DNA from: Klebsormidium nitens
Taxonomy: Eukaryota > Plantae > Klebsormidiophyceae
DNA length: 64,000 bases
Reading direction: 5' to 3'
Assembly: GCA_000708835.1 (NCBI GenBank)
Contig: DF236979.1
Location: forward strand, 248,001 to 312,000
Positions within the stretch are counted from its first letter, which is position 1; every line of letters begins with the position of its first letter. The translations under genes and the position numbers were made by a program. Below are positions 24,372 through 37,382 of the stretch, piece by piece. A model generated the notes under the pieces. That model was given only the letters and a program-made list of their open reading frames with translations, was not told the origin of the DNA and did no database searches.

Positions 24372-27300
24372 ATGCTGACCGGGTCCGGCAAGAAAGTCGA
24401 GCGGCGCTCCGCAAACGGCGACGTCGGCGCCGGGAGCGTGCGCAGGAAGCGAGCGTTCCTGTGGCGCAACGAGAAGGGCCAAGTGCGACTCGGGCTCGGA
24501 AACCTGCTCAGCCTGTTGGCGGGGGTCGTGTTTGCGTGGCTCTGGGTGGCGCTGAGCAGTCAGCACTGCGGGCCGGGGGGTTTGAATGTGCTGCTCGGTC
24601 CAGCGGAGGAGATCGAGGACGCGCTCTGGGCGGAGGGGGAGCGGGCGGCGCTCGAGATCCATGCGAAGCTGGCGGCCGGGGGTTCGTTCGAGCTCCGGTT
24701 GACAGGTTGGGACGTTGTCACGTTGCAGGAGTAGACTGATAGGCTTTCATTCGCGTTGTTTGCGTACTGTCAGAGTCAGCATCTGAGACGGCCCGACATG
24801 CACTTTCTGACGCACATCTTTGCCTCTAAAGATGAGCCACATCAGGTTGCGTTGGATAACATGATAGGATCGAAATGCTTCCAGTCTCCCGAACATTGTT
24901 GGCCCTCATCAAGGCGTGCATACAGATAGTTTGACAGTTGCCCTTTTCGGTGTGTGATCATACCTTATCATGATCATTTTGAGGCTTCATTGGCCAATTT
25001 ACTTTCTCATGACTCTCGTGTCAGAATCAACACGAATCACCTTTTGCAGTGAACGTTCCTCGGCTTGGGTCAGCGAATGCCTTGTCCTCGGCCTCGGGCC
25101 AATTGTTGGCTGTTCCTTTCAGTCAAAGCTCCCCGCACCTAGAAGCTTTCAGTGGCGACAGACCTTACTGTAGTTGCCAATATCATGAGTGCTGTCTAAG
25201 CCGCCAATGCTCTTCCCCCCTTTCCCATGCAGGATCCAATGCCACCGCTAGCGACGGCTCCTCCGACCCTCCCGACCTCTCGGCCTGGCCGGACCCCGAC
25301 GAATGGCCCCCGGAGCCCGACACCGAAGCCGAGCTCATCTACCCCCCCCCACACCCAAAGACTGACGTCCCGAATCTCTCCTTCGAGATGTCGGTCAGCT
25401 GGGATAGCTGGGAAGACGCGTTCGACTTGCTGCGCCTATGGTGGCGTCCGAACGAGCTAGTCGGACACGTGTGGATGCCGCCGCCGTCCGATTTGGACTT
25501 GCGTCCGGGTGAGAAGCACCGGATGCCGGATGGCGACCCGGAGCTGCCCGAGGTCCGGCTGTCGGAGCGGGTCAAGGGGCAATTCGAGTACACGCACCCG
25601 ATGGGGGGCCGCGCGATGGTGGGCATTGCGCGGATCGTGAAGGTGAGACGCGTGCTCCATAAACTCCTAGGTTCCGCATCGTTTGATCTTTCTCTGAAAC
25701 TGATGAGAATCTGATAGGCTGCAAGGCGGGTAGATCCCAATCAAGAAAAACGCCACCCAATGGGGGATCCGATGTCCGGCTGTGCAAGGTTCTGGAAGGC
25801 TGGACCAGTTGACCATTCTTTGCAGCGGGTTGAGGAATGGGTCAGTCTCGAGCGTGTGGATGGTTGTCAAAGCCAAGGTCTAATTCGGTCTTTTTGAGAG
25901 CCGCTTGTAGGACGTCCTCTCTTCTAAGGATGGTCCGCTTGAAACCTTGTCTTTAAAAAACTCGTCAAGCGGAAGTCCAATCGCTGCTGCCTCCCATCCG
26001 ACATTCGATGCGTATGGCTGCGACTTTGAAGGCGCTATAACGGGGCAATACCGGACAAACGATCTCTTAGAACTGCCTTCTCCGGTATTCTCCGGTGAAA
26101 CGGACGATAATATCTTGTAGGAGCCTTCTGACAACCGGTCTTCCGCATCCTACCTGTGCAGGAAGCGTACATGTTGAGTGGGGACGAAGTGCACTGGTTC
26201 GTGCTGGGGAATGAGGACACGCTGTTTGCGCCGGACAACCTTGCGAGAGTATTGTCCAAGTACGATCACAGGTGAGGCCGGCTTCGGCCGCTGGCCGGAG
26301 TGTCTGACGGCAATCCGGGCTGCGTTGTAGCGAGACTGTTCATGCACTGTCCGAGGAACGCGCATCTGGCGAACGTTTACCAATTGCGCCACACAAAAGT
26401 TTGTCAAAAGCAACCCTTCGAGACGAGAAGACGGTTGATCATGCCCTGTGCGCTTTCAGTCCTTGGGCATATCACGTCAGCAACTGGCAAAGTCACGTCA
26501 ACTCATTCTGTAAATCTAGGTCGTAACACCCCGCCCGATTGCTGTTCCCACGAACTCAAAAATAATTGGCGCGCCACACAACACGGCTCACCAGAGTCTT
26601 GGCCAAGTCTAACCTAGCAAGCTGATTGGCAGCGACTGATGCTGTGACCTCCTGAAACCTTTTAAGTCTCCGAATGTGAAAAGTGAAACGTAATTTCTGC
26701 CTGATCTTTCTTAGGGAAATTTGGTATATCGGCGCTCCGTCCGAGACGCACCACTAGGAGTTTGGTACATTCCCAGATTCCGTCAGTTCCGGAACCTCAA
26801 TGATCCCTAAGTTCGACCAAACCCCAAAAGTCCACTCATTATTTCCTCCAGGGAGCTCTGGTACATTGGCGCGCCGTCCGAGGCGCACCACCAGAACGTG
26901 GTGCACTCGTTTAGTCTCACCACCAGAGCTCCCGGTACTTCTCCATCTAGCAAGCTCAACCAGACCTTGATGACAGGCACCAAATGTCGGAAATTTCTAG
27001 ACCTCTCGAACGCTAAAACTTCGCTCGCTCGTTCTTCCAGGGAGCTCTGGTACATTGGCGCGCCGTCCCTGACGCACCAGCAAACTCATTGGCCACAATC
27101 TCTTCAGAAAGCGCCCTCAAAACTTGCTACTTTCCGAACCTCTGGAACTCCGAAGTATCTTAACCTGTCCGAACCCTGAGACCCCGCTCATTATCTCCTT
27201 CAGGGAGCTCTGGTACATTGGCGCGCCGTCCGAGACGCACCACCAGAACGTGGTGCACTCGTTTGGGCTCGCGTACACGGGGGGGGGCTTTGCCGTCAGC

Positions 27301-29268
27301 TGGGGGCTGGCCCGGGCTTTGGCGCACACGTTGGACGACTGCTTGCAGCGGTACCCGGAGCTGTACGGGAGCGGCTCGCGAGTGCAGGCGTGCATCTCGG
27401 AACTGGGGGTGCAGGTAAGCCATCCCCCGCGGCTTTGTGTCACGTATTCTATTTTACGGGTTGCAGTTCTTTGAATCCGTGTACAATATGAGGCTTTCTT
27501 TGCGCATGTGGCGCAGCTTTGGTTGAGTACGTTTCTCGCTGGGCGTCTGAGGCTTTTCGTTCTGCTCAATTTCTAAGAAGCCACAAGGAGAACGAGAGAC
27601 GGTGGTCCGCAGTGCCCAAACTGGTCGGAAGTCTGGTATGGCCAGACCATTATCAAGTGACCGGCTTTTTTGCCACTGCCTGTTTTAGGATTGCAATTGT
27701 GTCCGTTGAACCAGCGCTTCAAGCTCTTTTTCCATCGCGTTCTTAGGTCGGAACGTAGTCACGTTATGTGACTTCCGTCACGTTGCCTGGTCACGTTGAA
27801 ATACGAACTTTTGAAGTGCCTGCAAGAACGATCTATCTTTTCGTAGTTGAATGAGCTACCTTTCCTTCATACCTATCGCCTCTTTCCGCTTAGAGCTTTT
27901 ATCTCATACTGGCTCAGTCGAACCCAATCACCGTCCATTCATTCTCTCCTCAGGTCACCCAGGAATCGGGCTTCCACCAGTTTGACCTCATCGGGAGCCT
28001 CGCGGGCGCGCTCGAGTCCCACCCCCTCACGCCCTTCCTGGGCATGCGCTACGTGGCGGCCTCCCATTCGCTTGCGGCCAAAGAGAGCACGCCCAAAATG
28101 CTCCGCCGGATCGCACAGTTTGCCCTGGCGCAACCGCTCGAGTTTCTGCAGCAGTCCATCTGCGTCGACTCATCCCGCAACTGGTCGATCTCCATTGCGT
28201 GGGGGTTTTCCGTCCGGTGGTATCCGGTTCCGGTCCGGCCGGTGGAACTAGAGGCGGCGAGGCGGACGTTCGTGTCGTGGACGCGGCAGCGGGACCCGGA
28301 GGTGTTCGACTTCGACACGCGGGCGACGACGCTGCTCTGGTCGCGCGCGCCGGCGGTTTTTCAGGTGCTGTGATTGTCTTCTTCTTCTGCTCCCTCCAAC
28401 GATGTATGAAAGGTCTCCCTTAGTTACTGTCAGGACTCATGCTTCTCGTGCTTTGTCAGGAGTTTGCACAATAATCGCGGTTGATATCAATGACAGATTC
28501 TGCCCTATCAATGCAAATCTGCCGCGATCCTTTTCTGCACTATTTCTGCTTCAAGGTCCGCTTATCTCACGACTTGGCAGGTTTGTTACGCGACCAGCAT
28601 TGAGCGATCCGAAGGGTCGAAGCTGGGGTCTTGCCATCTGACGGTTTCTGGCCGATCCTGAGCGCTTGCCTGTCAATCAATTGACACTCGTATGTGTGCA
28701 TTTCGACTCAGGACGTATCCTTTGGATCGTTGTACAGGCGGTCAGTGTGTTTCAACGGATCGAGGACGGGGAGGTGTGGCTGGAGAGCCTGTACCGGCGG
28801 GTACCAACCGGGAGGGCCTTGAGCGTTTCCAAGCTGAAACGCATGGCGGCCAAAAAGCACAACGTTACGGCGGAGTGGTTCGGGCGGAGACGGAAACGGA
28901 GGAAACGGGCGGCCGGCGATCCGTTGGGGGCGGACTCGAGCGAAAACGACGAGGCGGGGGAAAGCTTAGGCCTTACGAAGTTGACGGGCGTGCTGCGGGA
29001 TCGGAAAGGTGGCGTAGGGAGGAGTTTGCAGGCGCAGGCGACGCAAGGGCTTGCGTATGGGCGAGAGCCGAAGCAGTCTGTAGATGTGATTAGGGTGTTG
29101 AAGCCGCCGTTCGACGAGGACTGGGTGTGGTATCCGCGGCGGTCTTGTTGCAAGTCGCTGACGTTCCTCGAAGACGATACGGTTGCGGAGATTCGGCTAG
29201 GTCCATGTACGATAGACGAGACGATATGGAAAGATAGCATCGTGGCTGAAGGCGCTAGCTTCAGCTGA
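24372..29268 (+). CDS. DUF604 / Fringe-like (GT31-related) type II membrane glycosyltransferase-like protein; 6 exons
   Basis: N-terminal TM segment (LLSLLAGVVFAWLWVAL), then LWWRPNE, WFVLGNEDTLF..NLARVLSKYDH, YIGAPSE, AYTGGGFAVS, DCLQRYPELYGS, GFHQFDL, FLQQSICVD, WSISIAWGFSV and a C-terminal PRRSCC. Exons near 24372-24706, 25232-25642, 26162-26271, 27204-27414, 27954-28364, 28738-29268. Confidence 0.9.
26700..27265 (+). repeat. Array of 3' splice site plus exon-4 head copies (26715, 26852, 27041; degenerate 26758 and 26927; real exon 27204)
   Basis: ag|GGAGCTCTGGTACATTGGCGCGCCGTCC... recurs with copied exon lengths of about 43, 61 and 28-39 nt. Confidence 0.92.
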
Positions 29269-30516
29269 TCTGATTGAGTGCACTCGTCGAGAGCCTTGCG
29301 CAATGATCTTTCAAGCTTTTCGAGCTTAGGTATTCTGAACACGGAGTCATGATATCAAGTGGGTCTTGACCGATGAGTACTTTTACCTCACGGTGACAGT
29401 CAAAGTTCTGCAGTCGCAATTTCGACCGTTATGTCTGCCGGATGTCCTATCAAAACCGCGGAAGCCTAGGTACCTTCTGTCGAACTTCGTTTGTTGCAAA
29501 GCCGAGCTCACAAGTACGACCTACCTAATTCCATTGCCAAGTCGAGAAAATTGAGGGACCCATGCTCATTCTGACCTAGCTGCCCTTGCGGTATGTATTC
29601 AATACTTGGGACCTAGAATTTCTTAAGATTCAGCGGTTTCACACGCACTTTCATGGACAAAGACGACTGATCAGTGTACAAGGATCATGAAGGCTTGGCG
29701 GCATGGAAGCTGCCACCTTCGGAGTCCAAGCATGTGTGCTTTTAGGTAACAGATCAGCCAAGTCAGGCCATGTGCACACGAAAATGGGACAAAAAAACAC
29801 ACAATGTTGTTGAGCAACTGATCATGCTCCGATCTATTGTTCTGAGCAACAATCTTCTAAGGCCTCTTGGCCGGGTCTTGGCCATTCATTTGTCGGCGCC
29901 AGATGATTGCTTATGCCAGCCATGACACCGTGACTGCCGGGCCTAGGTATTGGCTAATGCTCAGGGAGTCGCCATTCATTGGGCTTAGTAGTTGAGTTCT
30001 AGCTATTTTTTAAGATAACGTATGGAAGCAGATAGCTCGAGGCCACAGGCATGGCGAAGTCACCTCACTGAAGGTGCTGTTTGACTGTCATATGCGGCAC
30101 GTCTCAAAAGTGGAACAGGGAAACAGGGCCAGGATCAGACCACATCATTCCATACCGGATCTAGGGTGGATCTATAGGTACAGTATCCTAGGTATGCTGC
30201 CAGCATGCACTCCATGATGACTTCAATGAGGCACCGGGCCTGATCGACCACCATGGATGGTGCACCCTCAAATGAGCCTGCTTATCGAACGGTCGAATTT
30301 TGCTGGCCATAGTGTCGAAACCAGTGTCTCGAATCGTCGATTTGCAAAATGTGCAGATGGACGGCTGCAGCGATTTGGTTTCACAACGATGCAGGGCTGT
30401 GGGATTTCTCGTGCACAGCTTTTCAGGGCTGCACGATCTGTTCCGAAGTTCCTTTCTAGCGAAGCCTGAAGGGCTCGAGCTTGCGCTTTGGTTCTTTTTC
30501 AGAGCATACCGATCTG

Positions 30517-33500
30517 ATGGGGGGCAAGAACAAGAAGAAGGCGCGGAATGGGGGCCCATCAGCCAGCGAGGGCGCCAACCATGACGTGACCAGCCCTCCC
30601 CAATCACCGGAATCCGCTGAAACTCTGGCAAGCTCAAAAACGGTGGAAAGTCCAGAAGGTGCTACTGCAGCAAAGAAACCCGATCCTGCAACAGGGATTG
30701 AGGGCGCGGTGATCGAGAAACCCTTAGGGCAAAGCGGGAATGCTAAGGAGGGCAATGGCAAAAGCAAAAAGGTCCAGGACGATCTTCGGAATCTGAAATC
30801 AAATGGGGCCGTGGACATGAGTGAGGAAGATGCTGCGGATGGTGATCCATCAATAGAGCAAGTAAGATCCCAAAATCGCTTTAGGTTCTTTGGTCTGCTT
30901 GCTGTATACGGAAGCACTTGTGTGGATCTTTGTTGCCTTTTCCAGACACGCGTCATTGGACTTGTTGGAACCAAGCTAGAACAGTCCTAATGCTGCTACA
31001 ATGGATCAGGGATCTAGACATAAGTTGCTCTTCCGAGATTAGTTCTTTCAGGCGACCATCACATGCTTGCCTTTCGTCAGGCTGCAGTGAAGTGTACATA
31101 CAGAAACCTCGCTGCCTAGATCAACTTGTCTCTGATAATCTGGCCTTGCCTGCATGTTTGTCATCATGCAATGTACTTTACTGGCGCAGGTGGATAGTAG
31201 CATCTCGCAAGTGGTCATGACAAGCATCTGTCCTTTATTTGCAACAGTCTGGCTCGAGGGTTACGTTTGGTAGATCATTAACTTGGTGAATCTTGTCTGA
31301 TGATGGGTTTCTTTTTCATGAAGGTGGGATCTTTCTTATGGGTGGAATGTTTTATGGTGGTGGCTTACTCTTTTCTAACAGTGATGTACTCTCTTATGAC
31401 GGTGGTGGTAGATTGCTCTTTTCTGACAGTGGTATACTGTCTTATGATGGTGGAGTATTTTCTAATGATGGTGACTTCTCAACAATGGTGGTATACGCTC
31501 TCATGTTGTCTTTTCTGGTCTTCAGGTCCTTTCTGCTGTCCAGTCAGAGAAGAAGAGTCTGGCAGACAAGCTGGCAATCCTAGAAAAGGAGCTCCAGGGC
31601 AGCAGGGATGGGGCTAATGCAGCTGCCGAAAAGTCTCGAGCGGCAGCAACGAAGGAAGTTGCTTCTTTGAAGTCGCTTCAAGGAGAGCTTCAGCGCCAGA
31701 TAGAAGAGCTGCAAGCGAGGTAAGTGTCCTTAGATTGGACGGCAGCATGTTTGTGACAGATGATCGTTAGATGCACACGTTTTTAGAGCATCATTTCGTC
31801 AATCCTCAGGGGTTTAGCGTCGTTCGCCTACATCACTTGTTGTCCTTTTCCGCCGTTGCTTTTCCTCGCTTCCCTTGTCCTGACAAATGTGGCAGAGGCA
31901 TGGTTTTTCTATGATGGGAGTATCTGGAGGCTGCCGAGCTGATGTCAAGCCCAAGGCTACGTCATGTAAAGTAGCTCATGCTGAGAATGCACGAAAGATG
32001 GTGGTTTGCTCTGACAATCCTTCAATACTGTACACCTGGCTTTGATTGAGGTGGAGATACAGCTCTGCTGCGACACACAGAACTCTCCCCCTGTACTGAC
32101 TGCGAAACGAGTCAGATCTGAGCTTCAGGTATCTCAGGAAGGACAGCGCTGACAAAGCATTGGTGGTATGCATAAGAGCAATTCTGCTGATACTTAGTCC
32201 CCAATGTGTTGTTTCTCCAGTACAAAGTTCCTGCAAGCGGAAAAGGCTGCCGCAGAGAAGGCTCGGCAGGGCCTGGAGGGGGGCAAGAAGGCGGCGGATG
32301 AGAAAGTGAAGGATCTGGAGAAACGAGTGGAGGTAAGCGATCATTCGCTCGAGACTCTGCTCAATCTTTTCTGTCAGCTGCAAGTGGTGGCGTTGAATTC
32401 CAAGGTCTCTCAATGTTGGGCAATGCAAGGTTGAGACTTTCAGATGTTGGGGGTTATGCCTGGAAAGCGACCTCATCTAGTCAGACCTTTCAAGGACTCC
32501 TAAGGTTTCTCTTCAAAGCTTTTGACGGGCACTCTCTTTAGTCAGAAGGTCTTGATCGAGAGTCACGAAATCCAACAAGCCACCGTAGGCAAATAACTGT
32601 CGACTTTGGGACGCAAGATCCCATGTATTTCGTTCCTCCAAGAGGGAAGGTCGTTGCTTTCTGAGCTCCAACATCTGCAGGCGAGGAGAAAGATGACTCC
32701 CTCTCTTGCAGGACGCTCAGAAGTCCAAAGAGGCCGCGGAAAAGAAGGCCAAAACGCAAGCAGAGGAGAAGGTCAAGCTGGACAAGAAGATCGAGGAAGC
32801 CAACGGCAAGTTGAAATCTTTGGAGGAGTCACTCGCCAAGACCAAGTCGAGCCTCACAGCTGCAGAGGCCTCGAAAGCCAAAGCAGAAGAGAAGCTGACT
32901 ACTGAGAAGAAGGCCCTGGAAGGCAAGTTGGCCGGGCTGCAGAAGGCCCGGGAGGAGGCCGATTCTAAAACGGCGCAGGCGAAGAAGAAGAACGATGACC
33001 TCGCGGCAAAGGTAGCGGCGCTCGAGGAGGAGAAAGCCGCGACCGACGCTGACGTCAGCAAGCTCGCGAGGGAGAAGGGCGACCTGGACCTGTGGTGCGC
33101 GTCGCTGCAGCGGCGCTCAGAGGAGCTCCAGAAGCGGTCGGAACAGCTGGAGGCCAGTCTGCGGACGACGGAGGAGAGGCTTGGCAAAGCGGAGGAGCAG
33201 ATCAAGACGTATGCGGAGACGCTGGCCGAATTCGAGAGGCGCGTGGGGGATCTGGATGGCAGGATCGACGTGCTGAGGAAGGAGAAGGAGGAACTAGAGG
33301 CGAGAGGGAAGGCGCAGAAAGGGGAGGCGGAAGCACTGGCGGAGGCGAAAGGAGAGCTTGAAAAGAAGGTGAGAGCGTTGGAAGGGGAGAAAGCGGCGCT
33401 TGAGAAGGAGAAAGCGGCGCTTGGAAAAGAAAAAGGGGCGGCTGAGACGAAGGCCAAGGGGTTGGAATCCGAGAAGCAGAAGGTGGAGACACTTTCCAAG

Positions 33501-35497
33501 CAGAAAGAGGGGTTGGAAAAGAAAGCGGGCGCTTTGGAAGGAGAAAAGGCGGCGCTCGCGAAAGAGAAGGGCGCGCTCGAGGCCGCAAAGCAGAAGCTAG
33601 AGAGGGAGGCGCAGGCGGCGGCCAAGCAGAAGGAAGCGCTGGAGGGGCGGGCAATTGTGCTGGAGAGAGAGAAAAGTGCGCTCGAAGCTGCGAAGCAGAA
33701 ACTAGAAAGGGAAGCGCAGGCGGACACCAAGCAGAAGGAGGCGCTTGATGGGCGAGTAAATGCGCTGGAAAACGAGNNNNNNNNNNNNNNNNNNNNNNNN
33801 NNNNNNNNNNNNNNNNNNNNNNNNNNNNNAGACGCTGAACAAGCTGAAGGAAGCACTGGAGGGGCGAGTAAAAGCGGTGGAGAAAGAAAAAGCGGCGTTT
33901 GAGAAGGCAGCAGGGGAACGAGAGAAAGCTGCAGGAGATAAGGCAAAGGCGCTTAATGCGGAGAAGCAAAAGCTGGCGAAGGATCTGAGCGTCAAAAGTG
34001 CTGAAGCGGAGAAGCTGCGGGCAGTGCAAGGGGAGTCGGAAACGGCGAAAGAAGCGCTTCGGACGGATCTGCTGAAGTTGCGGGAGGAGAGTGCGGCGAG
34101 GTTGACAGCGGCAGAGGGAAAAGCGGGAGACGCTGCGGCGAGGGCGAAAAAAGAGAGGGAGGCACTGGAGGTGCAATTGCAGAAAAAGGTGAGAGCTTGG
34201 AACAGGTGTAGAGAAAGTACGGCAGGTAGCAGATTTAAACTAGTGCCCTCCTCTTCCTTACGAGCCAAAAAGGTAAATAGGTTGTTATCGAAGAAACTGT
34301 GAGGGTGCCCTCTTATGCACTCGTTCTTTAAGCTGCTATATCCAGGCGTTCAGTGCACGTTTGTGTCTTCGACCCTGGTCCAGCTGTTCAGTGGAATTGA
34401 GCTCTGCCGATACGGGGCTCTTGCGTCCACCAATTTTCTTGGTCTCCCAAGTCTTGACACTCATAGGTAGCGATAAACGGTTCATGCACTTCACTTGGCT
34501 GACTTTTCCTGCTTGGTCGTTCTAAAGCGATGGCAGTGACTAATACTCGACAGAGATTCAAAGCTGGCTCTGTTTCATATCCGACTACGTCAGCGGATAG
34601 ATTGGACCAGCAGGGATCTTTTCGAGGTCACTGGATTTCCTCTGAGCAAGCATATACACGCGGTAGAATATTTTATCTGACATTTTGAACGTCCTGCGGA
34701 CATGCTGGCGGCAAGCCCCTCAGAAACCTCCAAACATGGTTCTCGCTCGGACCCGTACGTCGACCTTCCTCTCGGATTCGGCTTGTTGACGTCATCACTC
34801 CCTTGTCGCAGGAGGAAGAACTAGGCGCGGCGCTGCGTGCGGCCGATGGCCTCAAAAAAGAAAGCCGCGAGTGGGCTGAGGAGAAGCTAGATTTACTGCG
34901 ATCGCTGACGGAAGTGCGCAGCAAGGAGAGCGGCCTGGCACGGGAACTAGAGAGAACCAAGGAGGTGGTGCGGTCTCAGGTGAGCCACGTGGCACCTTTT
35001 CAAACCTTTTCCTTATATGCGTAGAAACAAGGCTTTGCGGAATGCTTTTGACCGGGAAGGTAGGCACGTCTGGCATGTCTGCTTTGAAGGGGCCGTGAAT
35101 GTGGCCTTACAACTTGGAATGCCGGTGTCAAAGAGTTGAAAGTTCGATGCTTACGCTGAGCGGAACCGAATCTGGACGGACTTTCTGAGACAGCTTCGAG
35201 GACCCAATCTACTTGATGGAAGGTTTGCTCGCGGTTTGTCAGACCTTTGCTGCACCTCGACCGAATTGAGAACGAAACAGGGTCTCCAAAGGTAGAGACC
35301 AAGGAAATGCGTGGGTACTCCACTTAAGCTACACAAGGTTTGACATTCAATCCTCATTTTGTGTGCAGATTGCGAACCGAAATGCGTTCCTAGAGTCGAG
35401 TTGGTCACTGCCAGTACTGGCTGGGTCGAGTGCACTTGCGGGCAGTGTGGCAATGCTGGGGGCGCTATACTGGTTGCGTGCATCCAGATCATCATAA
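30517..35497 (+). CDS. Long K/E/A-rich coiled-coil protein with C-terminal tail anchor (PMD1/golgin-like architecture); spans assembly gap
   Basis: Exons near 30517-30860, 31545-31719, 32221-32332, 32713-34188 (N gap inside), 34811-34979, 35369-35497. Continuous heptad sequence. The last exon encodes SWSLPVLAGSSALAGSVAMLGALYWLRASRSS* (hydrophobic segment plus short basic tail). Confidence 0.75.
31290..31500. repeat. Cryptic about 21-nt intronic minisatellite
   Basis: Degenerate (ga/gg)tggtgg...ttttct/tcttat units in intron 1 of the coiled-coil gene. One frame reads as DGGxFS-like heptads. Confidence 0.6.
33777..33829. other. Assembly gap (53 N) inside a 105-nt coding tandem repeat
   Basis: Run of n. 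The flanks encode ALEAAKQKLEREAQ...KQKEALEGR units and the frame differs across the gap. Confidence 0.99.
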
Positions 35498-37382
35498 ACT
35501 CAGTCTATATACACGTTTTCAGCGGATCAAATTCTCAGTTGAAAGGCCAGTATCGTCGATCGAGGATTAGTGAAAGTAGCATATGCAGAATCTTTGAAGT
35601 TCGTGCACATAGGAAAGTCCGCAAGAGCTTAGATATAGCAGGGCACTACGGTATGTACTTGGAGGCTGTTTCCGGAAAGAGAAGGGAGTAGGAGGGCTGG
35701 ATGGACCTAAAAAGTTGGACGCCTTTTACTTTTCAAGTGAAGGATGCCCTACTTTTTGAGTTTTCTGGTCGGACCGTCTCTTTGTTCAGGCTAGGACTCC
35801 TTCTTTGCTGAGAGTTACGAGCTGTCATAACGAGTTGCTCTCATCAATTAAAAATATAGCGGACTCCAGCCCTTTCACACTGGGGTCTTTTCGCGCACGA
35901 ATGGAATGCGCTGAATGTTGATTTCTTCCACAATGGAGTTGCATCTCAGCATAAGAGGACAACAGCTCGATTGTACACATTAGACCTTCGAAAAGTGTGC
36001 CACAACAATGCTTAACGATCTACATCGTCTTGTTGAATAGATTGGCATACCGTCTCAATGACCAGTGCAGTGACTCACTTCACATGAAAATTGTCGCCAG
36101 CGCGCCAGCATGTATGGTAGGTGCAATATCTTGTTCAAGCGCCTGCCGTGCTTGGTCGATGGTCCCTTTTTGTAACGCCGTAGCCAGTGCGGCCATAGTC
36201 TCCTCACGGCAAATACAAGTGTAGTGTTTGTTAGAAGGTGTGTGCTTCCATACATGAAACTACGACCGGACTGATCTTTAAAGAGGGCGTTTGAGTTGAA
36301 GTAGCCCACGTGGCCGTCGCGGCGACCCTGATGTTGCAAAAATCCAGGTCAACGTCGCTGCAGCAGTGACGTCGTAAGATTTTTGCAGCGACCGAATCAG
36401 CGGTACCCTGTGGTTTCCAGTCGCTAATTTCAGATGCGGCTGAATACGCCTCCCGACGTTTCCGTATTTTAGCTTGTTCGTTTTGCCATGAGGAGCCTCT
36501 AGCTGCGTGCGAGCGTGCATGGCCCCGCGCGGCCGCCACAAAGACAGCCGGCGACCGTCCGTCACGTCCGTCGTACGGTGTCGTGTGGCGGCCGTGGGGG
36601 CCACATCTGCTCTACGTTTCAGATTGGTTTGAGTGTTGCGCGCGCATGACTTTGTGTAGCTTGAGCATTGAACGGGTGTCGTCCGATGACTTCGACTAAA
36701 AGATCCAACGGTGCAGGTGACGATCGGTTAACCACTTTGCTGACTTCTTGACATGCACGGCAATGCAGAATGCCTCTTTGAATGATTCATACCGTATTGT
36801 GTACACTGACGGTCACAGCATGGGCAGGTGCTGAATACCTACTTTGAAAGCCTTAAGTTAGGTTAGGTGTACCTACCTACGGGCGAGCTCAGCGTCCCTA
36901 CATTCCCACTGTTGCATTTTTCCAGATTGTACTTATATTATCCAAAGGACCGCTAAAGTCCATCCTGACTACTGTATTGTTGTCCACATGATTCAGAGTA
37001 CCTAATCAAGACTTGATACGCTGAATTAGTCCTTCGCCCGCCTGGTGCCAGCAGCAGCCCCCCAGTAGCCTGAGTAGGCAGGAAATTGATAGAGTAGAAT
37101 ACAGAGGCTCAATCTCGAGATCATTTTCTGGGTTTGCGCATGAGATCATAGGAAAGAAACCACCTCATTGAATGCCAGAGACAACTGAATGATGACAGAC
37201 AGCGAAGGAATCCGCTCCCTGCAAGGGGCTGCCACTCTCTAGGCTGGAGCTGCAAGCAGTTCCGGCGTTAAAGACAGGTCTAAACGGCGCAGACCGTGGT
37301 TCCCAGAGCTGAGCTTCCTGTCCAGAAAACAGGGAGTTGACAACGTTTCTGTATCATCTGGTCCGCCGCAGGGGCTAACGCA

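Noticed and set aside
28715-28723. U12-type donor GTATCCTTT
   Set aside because: It lies only about 22 nt upstream of a normal acceptor, inside an intron already explained by a GT-AG pair, and there is no upstream exon for it.
33760-33902. Frameshift or programmed recoding in the coiled-coil gene
   Set aside because: The frame change coincides with an N gap of estimated length.
32717-34268. Long antisense ORFs (409 aa, 324 aa, 188 aa)
   Set aside because: These are reverse-strand shadows of the K/E/A-rich coiled-coil exon. The same applies to the antisense ORFs over 5581-6577.
36055-36604. Possible minus-strand gene (GHVGYFNSNALFKDQSG...)
   Set aside because: It has plausible splice signals, but I could not build a phase-consistent model or recognise a family. 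Left uncalled.
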